A DNA stretch of 64,000 nt from Gemmatimonadota bacterium. GTDB lineage: Bacteria > Gemmatimonadota > Gemmatimonadetes > Gemmatimonadales > GWC2-71-9. The position numbers and the translations under genes are program-made. The notes beneath the pieces were generated by a model. The model saw only the letters and a list, made by a program, of their open reading frames with translations, made no database searches and was not told where the DNA came from. The number at the start of each line of letters is the position of its first letter. Within the stretch, counting starts at the first letter, position 1. The stretch is from assembly GCA_046726475.1 (NCBI GenBank), contig JBKPAO010000123.1, forward strand, positions 18,133 to 82,132, written 5' to 3'. Positions 1-9,476 of the stretch are shown here, piece by piece.

Positions 1-214
1 CGGCCGGCGATTCCCCATTACTTCGGTTCGCGCCGGAGATGTACCGGGGACCCATACCCTCACGTACGAAGCGCCGCATGAGACGGTCGTCTTGCGGCAC
101 GTGACCCGGAGTCGCGATGTCTTCGCTGCTGGAGCCCTGGCGGCTGCGGAATGGCTCCCCGGGCACCATGGCGTCTTCACCTTCGAAGACATGCTGTTCG
201 AGGAGCAGCCGTGA
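1..214 (+). CDS. dapB: 4-hydroxy-tetrahydrodipicolinate reductase, 3' end (5' part lies outside the window)
   Basis: Frame 2 reads ...ITSVRAGDVPGTHTLTYEAPHETVVLRHVTRSRDVFAAGALAAAEWLPGHHGVFTFEDMLFEEQP*. This matches the conserved DapB C-terminus (VRAGD..GxH...A.WL). The TGA at 212-214 overlaps the GTG of dapA (GTGA). Confidence 0.85.
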   Translation, partial: GRRFPITSVRAGDVPGTHTLTYEAPHETVVLRHVTRSRDVFAAGALAAAEWLPGHHGVFTFEDMLFEEQP

Positions 215-1098
215 GCCGGCTGCAGGGGTGTGGCACCGCGCTAGTAACCCCGTTCACCGATCAGGGTCTGGTTGATTTCCCAGCACTTCGGGCTTTAGTC
301 GACTGGCAGATCGCCGAGGGAATCGACTTCCTGGTCGCCTGCGGATCCACCGGCGAGGCGCAGACCCTGAACGATGCTGAGCGAGAACGGGTCGTCGCGG
401 CAGTGGTGGAGGTGGCAGGAGGGCGAGTCCCGGTGATGGCAGGAGCTACCAGCAACGATACCTCGCGTGCGGTCGACGAGACCGAGCGCATGTGCCGGCT
501 CGGGGCGGACTACATACTCAGCGCGACCCCCTACTACAACAAACCAACCCAGGAAGGCCTCTACCGCCACTTTGTGGCGATTGCGGACGCCGCCACGAAA
601 CCAGTCTGCCTCTATAACGTGCCGGGCCGAACCTCCGTCAATCTTCGGCCGGAGCTCGCCCTTCGACTGGCGGCCCACCCCAACGTGATGGGCATCAAGG
701 AGGCGAGCGGGGACTTGAAGCAGATGATGGACATTCTGAGAGCGCGGCCAGACGACTTCACGCTCCTGTCAGGAGACGACTGGCTGACACTTCCCGCGCT
801 CAGTGCCGGGGGAGACGGTTTGATTTCCGTCGTGTCCAACGAAGTGCCCGCCGCCATGACCGCATTGGTTCACCTCCTGCTCTCCGGGAATCTGGAGAAC
901 GCCCGCGTCTGGCACTACCGATTGCTCCCCCTCATGGACGCCAATTTTCTGGAAACGAACCCGGCACCCTGCAAGGCTGCCCTCCATGCCATGGGACGGA
1001 TACAGAACGTCCTCCGGCTGCCGCTGGTGCCCGCCAGTGACGCCACCGCTGCGGCGCTCCGTGACGCACTTCGCCAGGCGGGAGTGTCAGGTGTCTGA
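211..1098 (+). CDS. dapA: 4-hydroxy-tetrahydrodipicolinate synthase
   Basis: GTALVTPFT...FLVACGSTGEAQTLNDAERERVV...YYNKPTQEGLYRHF...LYNVPGRT...GIKEASGD are typical DapA motifs. The ORF track starts at ATG 151, but GTG 211 overlaps the dapB stop and is the more likely start. Confidence 0.9.
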   Translation: MSRLQGCGTALVTPFTDQGLVDFPALRALVDWQIAEGIDFLVACGSTGEAQTLNDAERERVVAAVVEVAGGRVPVMAGATSNDTSRAVDETERMCRLGADYILSATPYYNKPTQEGLYRHFVAIADAATKPVCLYNVPGRTSVNLRPELALRLAAHPNVMGIKEASGDLKQMMDILRARPDDFTLLSGDDWLTLPALSAGGDGLISVVSNEVPAAMTALVHLLLSGNLENARVWHYRLLPLMDANFLETNPAPCKAALHAMGRIQNVLRLPLVPASDATAAALRDALRQAGVSGV

Positions 1099-2014
1099 GA
1101 GGAGGCGGGGAAGCGGGAAACCGGAGAAGCGAGCCGCGGCGCGGCGGGGCGACGGGAGACCAAAGACTACCGTCTCCATAGACGAGCTGCGCGCGGCCAT
1201 CGAGCGTTATGCTCGTGAGATCCCGCCCGGTGAGAAGCCAGCCGCACTCCAGGCGTTCCAGGCACTCAAGGCGGCGCTCAATGCCGGAAGAGTGCGTGCC
1301 GCCGATCGGGACGCTGAAGGTTTCTGGCGACCGAACCCATGGGTCAAGAGCGGAATCCTCCTCGGCTTTAAGCTGGGTAGGGTCGGTCCCGCGGCGGAGC
1401 GTGGAGCGTTCCCCTTCTTCGACAAGGATACTTTCCCGCTCCGTAGGTTCGGCCCCGGACACGGGGTCCGAATCGTACCGGGCGGGTCGGCGATTCGCGA
1501 TGGCAGCTACATCGCGCCGGGCGTCGTATGCATGCCTCCGATGTACATCAACACCGGGGCCTATGTCGGGGAAGGCACCATGGTGGATTCACACGCCCTG
1601 GTCGGATCCTGTGCCCAAATCGGCCGGAGGGTTCACCTCTCCGCCGGAGTTCAGATCGGCGGCGTGCTCGAGCCCGTTGGTGCTCTCCCCGTGATCATCG
1701 AAGATGACGTGCTGGTCGGCGGGAACTCCGGGGTATACGAGGGAACCATCGTGCGTGAACGGGCGGTCCTGGCTCCCGGTACCGTACTCTCAGCCGGCAC
1801 TGCGGTGTTCGATCTGGTGCGAGATCGAGTGTACCGCCGCAACGGCGACGAGCCCTTAGAAATTCCCGCTGGAGCCGTGGTAGTGCCGGGCACCCGGCCG
1901 GTAAAATCGGGATCCGGAACGGCCGCCGGCATTGCGCTCTATGCCCCGATCGTCGTGAAGTACCGGGATGAGAGGACAGATACCGCGGTCAAACTGGAAG
2001 AGCTGCTCAGGTAG
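1091..2014 (+). CDS. dapD: 2,3,4,5-tetrahydropyridine-2,6-dicarboxylate N-succinyltransferase
   Basis: The hexapeptide-repeat core (PPMYINTGAYVGEGTMVDSHALVGSCAQIGRRVHLSAGVQIGGVLEP...IIEDDVLVGGNSGVYEG) is DapD-like, as is the N-terminal helical domain. GTG 1091 overlaps the dapA stop (GTGTCTGA). No other start codon occurs before the conserved region. Confidence 0.85.
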   Translation: MSERRRGSGKPEKRAAARRGDGRPKTTVSIDELRAAIERYAREIPPGEKPAALQAFQALKAALNAGRVRAADRDAEGFWRPNPWVKSGILLGFKLGRVGPAAERGAFPFFDKDTFPLRRFGPGHGVRIVPGGSAIRDGSYIAPGVVCMPPMYINTGAYVGEGTMVDSHALVGSCAQIGRRVHLSAGVQIGGVLEPVGALPVIIEDDVLVGGNSGVYEGTIVRERAVLAPGTVLSAGTAVFDLVRDRVYRRNGDEPLEIPAGAVVVPGTRPVKSGSGTAAGIALYAPIVVKYRDERTDTAVKLEELLR

Positions 2015-2018
2015 CATC

Positions 2019-2108
2019 GTGAACAGTGAACAGTGAACGGTGAAAATGATGGACGGTAGAAGCCCTGTTCACTGTTCACTGTTCACTGTTTACTGATTTA
2101 CTGTTTAC
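2019..2108. repeat. Inverted pair of tandem heptamer arrays (GTGAACA family) forming a long hairpin
   Basis: Left arm 2019-2046 is GTGAACA GTGAACA GTGAACG GTGAAAA. The spacer is 19 nt. Right arm 2066-2108 is TGTTCAC x3, TGTTTAC, TGATTTAC, TGTTTAC. It sits between the dapD stop and the yjbQ-like start. Confidence 0.9.
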
Positions 2109-2122
2109 GCTTTGACACGAAG

Positions 2123-2545
2123 ATGACCACTCACACTCACTATCTCTGGTTCGAGACCAAGCGCCGCCAGGAGATCATCGACATCACCGACCAAGTCGCG
2201 GAGCAGGTCGAGGTCAGCGGTGTCCGCGAGGGTATCGTCCTGGTATCCGCCATGCACATCAGCGCCTCCGTCTTTGTCAACGACCACGAGTCTGGGCTGT
2301 GGCAGGACATCCTGAGATGGCTGGAAGAGACCATTGCTCCCTGGGACCCAGACCGATACCACCACAACGAGACCGGTGAGGATAACGCGGCAGCACATCT
2401 CCGAAGCCTCACGATCGGCCACGAGGTGATCGTTCCCATCACCGCCGGCAAGCTGGATTTCGGGCCCTGGCAACGGGTGTTTTACGGCGAGTGGGACGGC
2501 CAGCGGCGAAAGCGCGTCATAATCAAAGTGATGGGAGAGAGTTGA
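2123..2545 (+). CDS. YjbQ/UPF0047 family protein (secondary thiamine-phosphate synthase-like)
   Basis: 140 aa. The motifs ...IIDITDQV...GIVLVSAMHISASVFVNDHE.GL..D.....HN.TGEDNAAAHL...GHEVIVPITAGKLDFGPWQ.VFY.E.DG... are characteristic of UPF0047. Confidence 0.8.
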   Translation: MTTHTHYLWFETKRRQEIIDITDQVAEQVEVSGVREGIVLVSAMHISASVFVNDHESGLWQDILRWLEETIAPWDPDRYHHNETGEDNAAAHLRSLTIGHEVIVPITAGKLDFGPWQRVFYGEWDGQRRKRVIIKVMGES

Positions 2546-2605
2546 AAACGACGAAGGCCAGAGGAGCCACTGTAGCTCCCCTGGCCTCGCCGGTGTGCGT
2601 GACTC

Positions 2606-4450
2606 CTACTTGCCCAGAACCCGCCTTGCGGCGCTCACCTTCGGCGCATTCACGAAGCGGAACATTGCCTCGTGGGTGCTGCCGTCGGACAGAGTCAGCA
2701 CGAACTTCCGGCAAGTGCCTCCCCAGCCCGCGTTAGTCCTCCAGACATAGGTATAGCTGGAACCTAGAGACTGCAGGCCGCTGGTCGGGGCGATCATCGC
2801 TCGCACCACGTTTTGTGGAGCGTCCGCAGGACACGCTATCGGCATCGAGGTCGGCGAGTTTACCTGAAGCACCCGCAAGCCGCGATATCCACCGATTGAG
2901 AACTTGATCGGGATCGCGCTACCGGCCAATGCCGAGTTGAGGTACGGCATGTTCCTGACCGGCGCGTAGAAACCGATAAAGCTCATCGCGCCGGAGACGT
3001 TGATCGATACCGTCTTCGTCGCAGACGAGTAGTTCGGGTCACTGGGCGCGAATTGCACCGACAGAGACACGGTGCCGGCCGCGTCGAATGCCGTGCCCGC
3101 GGGAGGCGTGTAGGTAAAGCTGCCGCTCAGCGAAATCCCGCCAACACCAGTCGCGCTCGCGTTGAGCTGCGACGGCCCCAATGGGGTACCGGTCGACAGC
3201 GAGCTCGGCGTCCAATGGAGGTCAGGCAGAGCCTTGGCGATGGTGAAGGACTGGGACACATCCTCCCCCGGCTGATAGTTGTCGTTACCCGCCTGGTGCG
3301 CGGTAATGGTGCAGGCACCGGCACGAGTGATCGTGACGGTGCTGCCCAAGACGGTGCAATCGCCACTGGCGGTGAAGCTGACGGGCAGACCCGAGCTGGC
3401 CACCGCGCTGATGGAAAAGGCCGGCTGACCGTACACTTTGTCAGCCAGGGGGTCAAAGGTGATAGTCTGCGGCTGAGCGCTGCCCGCAGCGGTGCCACTG
3501 ACCCAGCGGGCTGCGTTGATATAGAGCTGCTTGATGTTGCTGTCGGTGAGCGTCGTCGGGTTGCGGAGCTCGCCGGCATCATCAAACGGATAGTTGGGCG
3601 CAAAGCTGAAGCTCACAACCTTGCCACTCCCGAACTGGCGAACCAGCACTCCAGGTGCTCCAGTGGAGAGCTGCATAAGGACGGTCGAGGGGTTGGCCGC
3701 GAACCCAACCTGCGGCCCGGCATCATTCGCGTCAGCGATGAAGGTGAAGCCGCCACTGAGACCCGCGAGTACCGGGTGTCCTTCCTGCCCGCTCACGGTC
3801 TGGTAGCTGATCTCGCACACGGCGCAGTTCTGCGCCGCGGCATCGGCACCGCCGCCGGCAGTCTGGAGAACCAGGTCCGCCATCAATGGGGTGAACTCGA
3901 CCCCGTTCCACTCGGCACCGATGTACCCACCGCCATTGGCCACGAAGTCGCTCAGCGCCTGCTGCGCGACATCGTTCAAGGTGCCGTCGTAACCTGCACC
4001 ATTCAAGTGGATGACGGCATCAAAGCCGGCCAGCACGGGGTTGGTCCCATCCCAGGTATACTCGGGAGCGGGCCGGACGGTGACCTGGAATCCAGCGTCG
4101 GTCAGAGTGTCCGCCAAAGCGTTGGTCGAGCCGACGTCGGCGTCAGCCAGAATCAGCAAGCTGGCGCCAGTGCCAGACACGCTACTAGCAGCGCCCAGGC
4201 TGAAGGCGACCCCGGACTTGGCCGTACGGCTCGAGCTGGCCATGAGGTCCACCAGCCGGGCCCCGTTTAGGAGTGGGCGCGGGTGTGCGCCGGTCGCGGC
4301 GGCGACCTGCTGCTGGGTAGAAGACATCGGCTCGGTTAGCTGATCGCTGCTGCACGCCATCGGCCCGAGCGTCAGGGCTAGTAAGAACGGCAGGAGGCGC
4401 CGACCCCGGCGACGGTGCGGGTGCACAGTGGTAGTACGTGGGCCGGTCAT
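2606..4450 (-). CDS. Secreted multi-domain protein: ThuA-like N-terminal domain, Ig-like middle repeats, PxKF-like C-terminal module
   Basis: The N-terminus has a signal or lipoprotein-like segment (LLPFLLALTLGPMACSS). LLILADAD...FDAVIHLNG...GGGYIGAEW resembles a ThuA/class-I amidotransferase-like fold. TITF...ACTITA...NYQPG resembles Ig-like repeats. The C-terminus carries an IPIKFSIGG motif. The domain names come from memory only. Confidence 0.6.
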   Translation of the reverse strand: MTGPRTTTVHPHRRRGRRLLPFLLALTLGPMACSSDQLTEPMSSTQQQVAAATGAHPRPLLNGARLVDLMASSSRTAKSGVAFSLGAASSVSGTGASLLILADADVGSTNALADTLTDAGFQVTVRPAPEYTWDGTNPVLAGFDAVIHLNGAGYDGTLNDVAQQALSDFVANGGGYIGAEWNGVEFTPLMADLVLQTAGGGADAAAQNCAVCEISYQTVSGQEGHPVLAGLSGGFTFIADANDAGPQVGFAANPSTVLMQLSTGAPGVLVRQFGSGKVVSFSFAPNYPFDDAGELRNPTTLTDSNIKQLYINAARWVSGTAAGSAQPQTITFDPLADKVYGQPAFSISAVASSGLPVSFTASGDCTVLGSTVTITRAGACTITAHQAGNDNYQPGEDVSQSFTIAKALPDLHWTPSSLSTGTPLGPSQLNASATGVGGISLSGSFTYTPPAGTAFDAAGTVSLSVQFAPSDPNYSSATKTVSINVSGAMSFIGFYAPVRNMPYLNSALAGSAIPIKFSIGGYRGLRVLQVNSPTSMPIACPADAPQNVVRAMIAPTSGLQSLGSSYTYVWRTNAGWGGTCRKFVLTLSDGSTHEAMFRFVNAPKVSAARRVLGK

Positions 4451-4643
4451 AATTTCCTCCAGTGCCGCGAAGGTGAGACTACGGTTAAGAGCCCTCTCGT
4501 TGGACGTGAACCTGTTCAGACTCCAGTGGACTTGGCGAAACGTGTTGTCTATCGGACTACCCTGGGTCCTGTACTAACCTGTTGATCGCCGCGGTGGGAC
4601 CAGACCAGCGTCCCGCCGACAGCTCCTTACTAACCAGCTCGCG

Positions 4644-6554
4644 CTAGTGCGACGCGCGTTTGCTGCTTGCTTTCTTAGCGGCCGCCGGAGCTTTCGCCAC
4701 CGTCGCGGCCTCAGGCGCTTCCAGCACGAACGTGGTGCGGGCATCGCTGCCCTTGACCGCAGCTACCAGCGTACGCCTGCCGACCTTCGATGCCGGCGTC
4801 CAGCGGGTGTGGGCTCGCCCACGCGTGTCGGTCATGACTCGCGCTGGGCTGACGGTACCGAACTTGGTACTGAACACCACCGGTTGATCCGCGACCGGGT
4901 TGCCGTACGCATCGGTCAGGTCCACGTCGAGCGACTGCACCGCCCGTTTCTCCATCCCCGGCTTCGGCGCCACGAACGCCAGATTGGCGGGGGCCGCTGC
5001 GCGGGCTCGGGCAACAATCTCGATCGGGCGGTCGACCCCTTCGACCTTGACCGTCAGGTGTTGTACACCAGCGGTGCGTCCCAGGGTCCAGACCACCATC
5101 GCCCGTCCAGCTGAGTCGGTCGTGACAACGCTGTCCGCCACGGTACCACTCGCCGGCTGGAGCGTGACCGGCACGCCAGGCACTTCGTTATCCGCTCGAT
5201 CCAGGACCCGGATCTCCACCGGGCGAAGCGCCGATCCGACCGCGCCTTCGTGCTTGGCATTGCCCACAACCGACGCCTTGGCCGGAGTGCCGGCGAGCGC
5301 GGTGGCGGCTACTGCGAAGCGTGGCACGGTGCGCGCGCTACCCACCTGGACGTACACCCGCTGCGTTCCGCTCTTGGGGCCCAGCGTCCAGCGAGCCCGC
5401 GCCTCTCCCAGTGAGTCGGTGCGAGCCTCCGACGCCAGCACGCTACCGTCATCAGTGGCCGACCACGCGACCGGAACGTCCACCAGGGCAACCCCACTGG
5501 TATCGGTCACCCGGACCGCCGCAGGTTGAGACAGGTTCTCACCGGCCGGGCCCTGCAAGCCCTCACTGACGACGGTTATCCTGGTATTCGCCGCCACCGG
5601 TTCCGCTTCAGCGGTGACCACCGTCGGCGTCGCGATTCCCTCAGCCACGACCGATAGAGTCTGCCGTCCCGGAAACCCACCGAGCGTCCACGAAGCCCGC
5701 GCGATACCCTGGGCGTCGGACGAATCCGCCAGCGGCTCGGCTCGGCCAGTGCCCTCTTCCAGGGCAAAGCGAACCGGCACTCCAGGGATCGGCCTGCCGC
5801 TGCGCGAGACCACCTGCACCGTGACCGGCTGCGACACCTTCCGTCCCGCCGGAGCCCGTTGTCCGTCTCCCGACAGAAGCGTCAGCGACGAGGCCACCGG
5901 GTACACCTCGACCGGCAGCTGAGCGACCATTTCATCCGCGGTCGCTGTGAACACCGTCCGGCCCGGCGCGATCGCCGTCACGTTGCCGATGCTGTCCACT
6001 GCCGCAATCGACGGATCCGCAGAGCGCCACCGAGTGGCGAAACCGCCGATCTCGTTTCCTCGGATGTCGACCACATGCGCTAACGTCCTGCCGCGGCCGC
6101 CCTCAGGAGTCCGGAACAGGGTGTCTCCCACGATTTGGAGCTCGGCCGGACGCTGCCGGACGAAGACGTGAGCTCGAGCCGCCTTGCCACCAATCGTGAC
6201 CATGATCGCCGTTGCCCCGCCACCCCGGGCAACGACGGTCCCGGCACTGTCGACCGTGGCCACCATCGTATCGGTGCTGTTCCACACCGTCGGGGCTCCG
6301 AGCAGCGCGTTCCCCCGCGCGTCGGTTGCGGTGACCGCCAACTGAATTGTGTCGCCAATCGCCGTCGCCGTATCCACCGTCGGTGAGATGCCGATCCACC
6401 GGACACTGGCCAGCGACCCGGTCGCTAACGAGTCCGCCTCGAACTTGGACTTGAGCGAGTGGGTGTACGACAGAATCGACACCAATCCCGCTCCGGCGGA
6501 GATAAAACCAGCACCCCAGCGCCAAGCATTGCTGATCAGGCCGTGGGGTCGCAT
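4644..6554 (-). CDS. Membrane-anchored surface protein with Big_2- and Big_1-type bacterial Ig-like repeats
   Basis: There is a TM anchor (WRWGAGFISAGAGLVSILSY) and Big_2-like units (IGDTIQLAVTATDARGN...VATVDSAGTVVA). At least 4 invasin-like units follow the pattern VPV.F....G.......TD..G.A...WTLG. ATG 6554 is preferred over the track start at 6749, which adds 65 non-membrane residues. Confidence 0.7.
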   Translation of the reverse strand: MRPHGLISNAWRWGAGFISAGAGLVSILSYTHSLKSKFEADSLATGSLASVRWIGISPTVDTATAIGDTIQLAVTATDARGNALLGAPTVWNSTDTMVATVDSAGTVVARGGGATAIMVTIGGKAARAHVFVRQRPAELQIVGDTLFRTPEGGRGRTLAHVVDIRGNEIGGFATRWRSADPSIAAVDSIGNVTAIAPGRTVFTATADEMVAQLPVEVYPVASSLTLLSGDGQRAPAGRKVSQPVTVQVVSRSGRPIPGVPVRFALEEGTGRAEPLADSSDAQGIARASWTLGGFPGRQTLSVVAEGIATPTVVTAEAEPVAANTRITVVSEGLQGPAGENLSQPAAVRVTDTSGVALVDVPVAWSATDDGSVLASEARTDSLGEARARWTLGPKSGTQRVYVQVGSARTVPRFAVAATALAGTPAKASVVGNAKHEGAVGSALRPVEIRVLDRADNEVPGVPVTLQPASGTVADSVVTTDSAGRAMVVWTLGRTAGVQHLTVKVEGVDRPIEIVARARAAAPANLAFVAPKPGMEKRAVQSLDVDLTDAYGNPVADQPVVFSTKFGTVSPARVMTDTRGRAHTRWTPASKVGRRTLVAAVKGSDARTTFVLEAPEAATVAKAPAAAKKASSKRASH

Positions 6555-6594
6555 GGTCTGAGGAAGTGGCTTGGCTCCGACTACCGGTGCAGGC

Positions 6595-7002
6595 TTACTC
6601 CATCCGGTCACAGAGCGGCACCCTTTCCTCTCCCGCCATTTCTCCATCTCCGTCCGTTTTGGGGAGCTCCGAGGCCGCCAGCGTTCCGACAAAGACCACG
6701 CAGCTGCGGCCCGGGCGCGCCCGGTGAGTTGCCTTGGCTCGCCAACCATTCGGCGTCATGCCGACAATCTGAATCTTCACGTCGGGGCCAGGATTGACCT
6801 GGAGCGCTTCAATCGTGCTCGCAAAGGCCGGGTGTGATGCCCGGTACTTATCCTGGGCCGCGACGACATTGCGCAACGAGTTCTTGAGGACCGACGCCGG
6901 AGTCGACTGCCACGACGCGGCCGCGTTCTGGGCCTCGGCGGCGATAGGCGTACCGAGACTCAGTCCGAGCACGAGGGTCGTCATGTATCGAGCTCGAGAC
7001 AT
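6595..7002 (-). CDS. Hypothetical secreted protein
   Basis: ATG 7002 is preceded by a GGGGGA RBS. The signal peptide is MSRARYMTTLVLGLSLGTPIAAEAQ. I recognise no family. Confidence 0.5.
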   Translation of the reverse strand: MSRARYMTTLVLGLSLGTPIAAEAQNAAASWQSTPASVLKNSLRNVVAAQDKYRASHPAFASTIEALQVNPGPDVKIQIVGMTPNGWRAKATHRARPGRSCVVFVGTLAASELPKTDGDGEMAGEERVPLCDRME

Positions 7003-7254
7003 CGTTCCCCCTGCTTTCGGGACCAGTGTCGGACGGTGGCGTAGCTTGAGCCGGTTCGTCCGTCCCTCATGTTCCGAAGGCCTTGAGGCACATCTATTTT
7101 CGGTAGAAAAGGGGAAACTCACAATTCATAGGATTGCGACAGCGTCAACAACTCAGGCAGGCAGAAAATTGCAGGGGGGAGCTGACGTCGGAATCGCTTA
7201 CGGCCCGAGCGTCTAGCTGATGCAATCGCTCGCAACCGAAGGTTGCAGCTGGCT

Positions 7255-8910
7255 CTACATCATTCGGTACTTCGGTCCACTACCACCTTCACGCGGGGTC
7301 CACCTCGGTCCCAACACATCGGTGGCTTTGCAATCGATGCAGTTCGGTGCGTTCACCCTGAGCTGATCGCCTACCCGCTCGTAGACCCCGGCCGGGCAGA
7401 CGTGGGAGTAGAAGTCGGCAACTTCCGGGGAAATATCAGGGCCGATCAGCAGATGAGAGGGGATGGTGTCGCGGGTCGCGTTACCGGACTTGAACACCGC
7501 GTCGAGCTTGCTGATGGTGAGGGAACTGTCCGACACCCCCGTGTGGCCTGCGTTGACGCTGCGGGGAACTTCGGCATCCCCCTGCATCCTGATTCTTCCT
7601 CCGGGAAAGCGGCCTCCCGTCACTGTCATCAACCCGGCCTTCATCCCTCCGAGCACAAATCCATCCTTGAATGCCAGTCGCATGTTGCGGGTGCGGTAGA
7701 GATCGTCGTTGAGGTAGCTTTCATTGACCATCCGATCGTACGACGCCAGGCCGTCGGCCTGGCTGCTGCCGGGCTTCAGCGTCGCGAATGCCGCCCGTGC
7801 CGCATAGATGCCGGACTGCATGGCATAATGAATCCCTTTGAGGGAGGGAACATCCACGAATCCCGCGGCGTCTCCCACCAGCAGGATTCCCTCGCCATAC
7901 CGTCGAGAAGGAAGGGAGTAATACCCCCCTTCGGGTATCGTCTTCGCGCCCCATTCCAATAACTGACCCCCTTCGAGCTGCTGCCGAAACAAGGGATGGA
8001 GCTTCATGCGCTGCAACAGCTCGTGCACGTCCAGGCTGGCATCGTGATAATCCAGGCCCACCACAAGTCCCAGGGCGACGTGTTTTGGCCCGAGCGGGTA
8101 CATGAAGCTTCCACCAAAGGCATCGGTTGGGAGCGGCCATCCCAGTGTATGCACCACGCGATCGAGAGGGTGCCTGGTCTCCCAGACCTCCTTCACTCCC
8201 AATGCGTACAGCTGAGGGTTGGCCGACTCGATCTGCTGCCACTCCAGGTACGCCTGCGAGAGGAGCCCTCGCGTTCCCTCAGCCAGGACTGTGATCCGCG
8301 CGGTGACATCGGTTGGTTCGGTGTAACCGCTGCCGGGACTTCCTCCCCGGTCCAGGCCGGCGGGCGCGGTACGAACGCCTCGCACGGTGTTGCCTTCCAC
8401 CAGCAATGCGTCGACCGGAAAGCCGGTGAAAGTGTTCACGCCGGCGGCCTCAGCGCGCTCACCCAGCCAGCGCACGATCTCGCAGAGTGAAGCAGTGAAG
8501 TAGTTCCGGTTGTGCATCGTGGGAGGGGTCGGGATCCGCTGGGACCTGCGCTCAGTCAAGAAATAAACTGCCTCCGACGTAACCGGCTGGCGAAACGGCA
8601 GATCCTCAGGCGCGACCTGGGGGAACAACTCCTGGAAGGCGCGTGGATTGACTACCGCCCCGGAGAGGCTGTGTTCACCCAGGCTTTCGGCTTTTTCCAA
8701 CACCGCAATATTGAGATCGGGCATGCTTCCACCCGCTTCCCGGTCGCGGCTGGCCAACCGAGTCAACTCGATGGCGCAGGCGAGGCCTGCCGGACCCGCG
8801 CCGACGATGAGCACGTCCATCTCGAGCGCTTCGGCGCCTGGTTCCTCACGCAGAATCAGCCGATCGAGCGGAAGGGGCGCTTGATGGCGGAGAGGGAGAA
8901 TGGTCGACAC
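7255..8910 (-). CDS. Electron-transfer flavoprotein:ubiquinone oxidoreductase (ETF-QO)
   Basis: FAD motif DVLIVGAGPAGLACAIEL. The C-terminal 4Fe-4S/ferredoxin-like tail is CPAGVYE...NAPNCIDCKATD...W.PREGG.GPKY. Length 551 aa. Confidence 0.9.
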   Translation of the reverse strand: MSTILPLRHQAPLPLDRLILREEPGAEALEMDVLIVGAGPAGLACAIELTRLASRDREAGGSMPDLNIAVLEKAESLGEHSLSGAVVNPRAFQELFPQVAPEDLPFRQPVTSEAVYFLTERRSQRIPTPPTMHNRNYFTASLCEIVRWLGERAEAAGVNTFTGFPVDALLVEGNTVRGVRTAPAGLDRGGSPGSGYTEPTDVTARITVLAEGTRGLLSQAYLEWQQIESANPQLYALGVKEVWETRHPLDRVVHTLGWPLPTDAFGGSFMYPLGPKHVALGLVVGLDYHDASLDVHELLQRMKLHPLFRQQLEGGQLLEWGAKTIPEGGYYSLPSRRYGEGILLVGDAAGFVDVPSLKGIHYAMQSGIYAARAAFATLKPGSSQADGLASYDRMVNESYLNDDLYRTRNMRLAFKDGFVLGGMKAGLMTVTGGRFPGGRIRMQGDAEVPRSVNAGHTGVSDSSLTISKLDAVFKSGNATRDTIPSHLLIGPDISPEVADFYSHVCPAGVYERVGDQLRVNAPNCIDCKATDVLGPRWTPREGGSGPKYRMM

Positions 8911-8968
8911 GGAATGTGCTCCTGGCTGGGATGAAGCGCGTCAAATATAACGGGGGCCCGGTTAGCCG

Positions 8969-9460
8969 ATGGATTTGAGTAAAGCCGCGCGGGATCCCTG
9001 GGTATGGGGACAGACGATTCTCATGCTGGTAATTCTACTGGCCGCGCCACTCCTGCCCCGCTATGTGAATCTCGGTGATGCTGACTTCTTACTGAACCGC
9101 GTTGATCCCGCATGGATCCGAGGGCTGGGTGCAATCCTCATCGCGGCAGGAGGAGGGATGCTGGCCTGGGGAGTCCGGTCGTTAGGACCGAGCCTCACTC
9201 CGGGCATTGAGCCGTTGCCAACGGGCCAGTTGATCACCACCGGGCCCTACGCTCACGTGCGCCACCCGATTTATGCCGGCGCGGTGCTGTTGCTGACTGG
9301 ATATGCCTTGAGCTGGAGCAACTGGACAATGGCCGTCCTGGTGGCTGTGGTGGCTCGCACGTATTTCGAAGCGAAAGCAAAGGCAGAAGAGAGGTGGCTG
9401 ATCCAACGCTTCCCTGAGTATCAGGGCTATATGCAGTACGTGCGACGGAGGGTTCTATGA
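8969..9460 (+). CDS. Isoprenylcysteine carboxyl / phospholipid methyltransferase family membrane protein
   Basis: Multi-TM protein with the GPYAHVRHPIYAGAVLLLTGYAL motif typical of the ICMT/PEMT family. Confidence 0.75.
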   Translation: MDLSKAARDPWVWGQTILMLVILLAAPLLPRYVNLGDADFLLNRVDPAWIRGLGAILIAAGGGMLAWGVRSLGPSLTPGIEPLPTGQLITTGPYAHVRHPIYAGAVLLLTGYALSWSNWTMAVLVAVVARTYFEAKAKAEERWLIQRFPEYQGYMQYVRRRVL

Positions 9461-9476
9461 TTCATTTGGGGCAGCT

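Noticed and set aside
1106-1130. GGGGAAGCGGGAAACCGGAGAAGCGAG near the dapD start, as a further copy of the GGGGAAGC repeat family.
   Set aside because: It has only about two degenerate units and no inverted partner, and it lies inside the only available dapD reading frame. This could be chance in GC-rich coding sequence.
3053-4270. Long ORFs antisense to recognised genes. Examples: 3053-4270(+), 15421-16500(+), 25284-26339(+), 41732-42658(+), 46507-47490(-), 47727-49052(+), 51251-52432(-), 54452-55474(+), 55329-56267(+), 11235-11933(-).
   Set aside because: These are typical shadow ORFs of GC-rich DNA. Their translations are Arg/Pro/Gly/Ala-rich low-complexity sequence with no recognisable motifs, and every one overlaps a CDS with clear family signatures on the other strand or in another frame.
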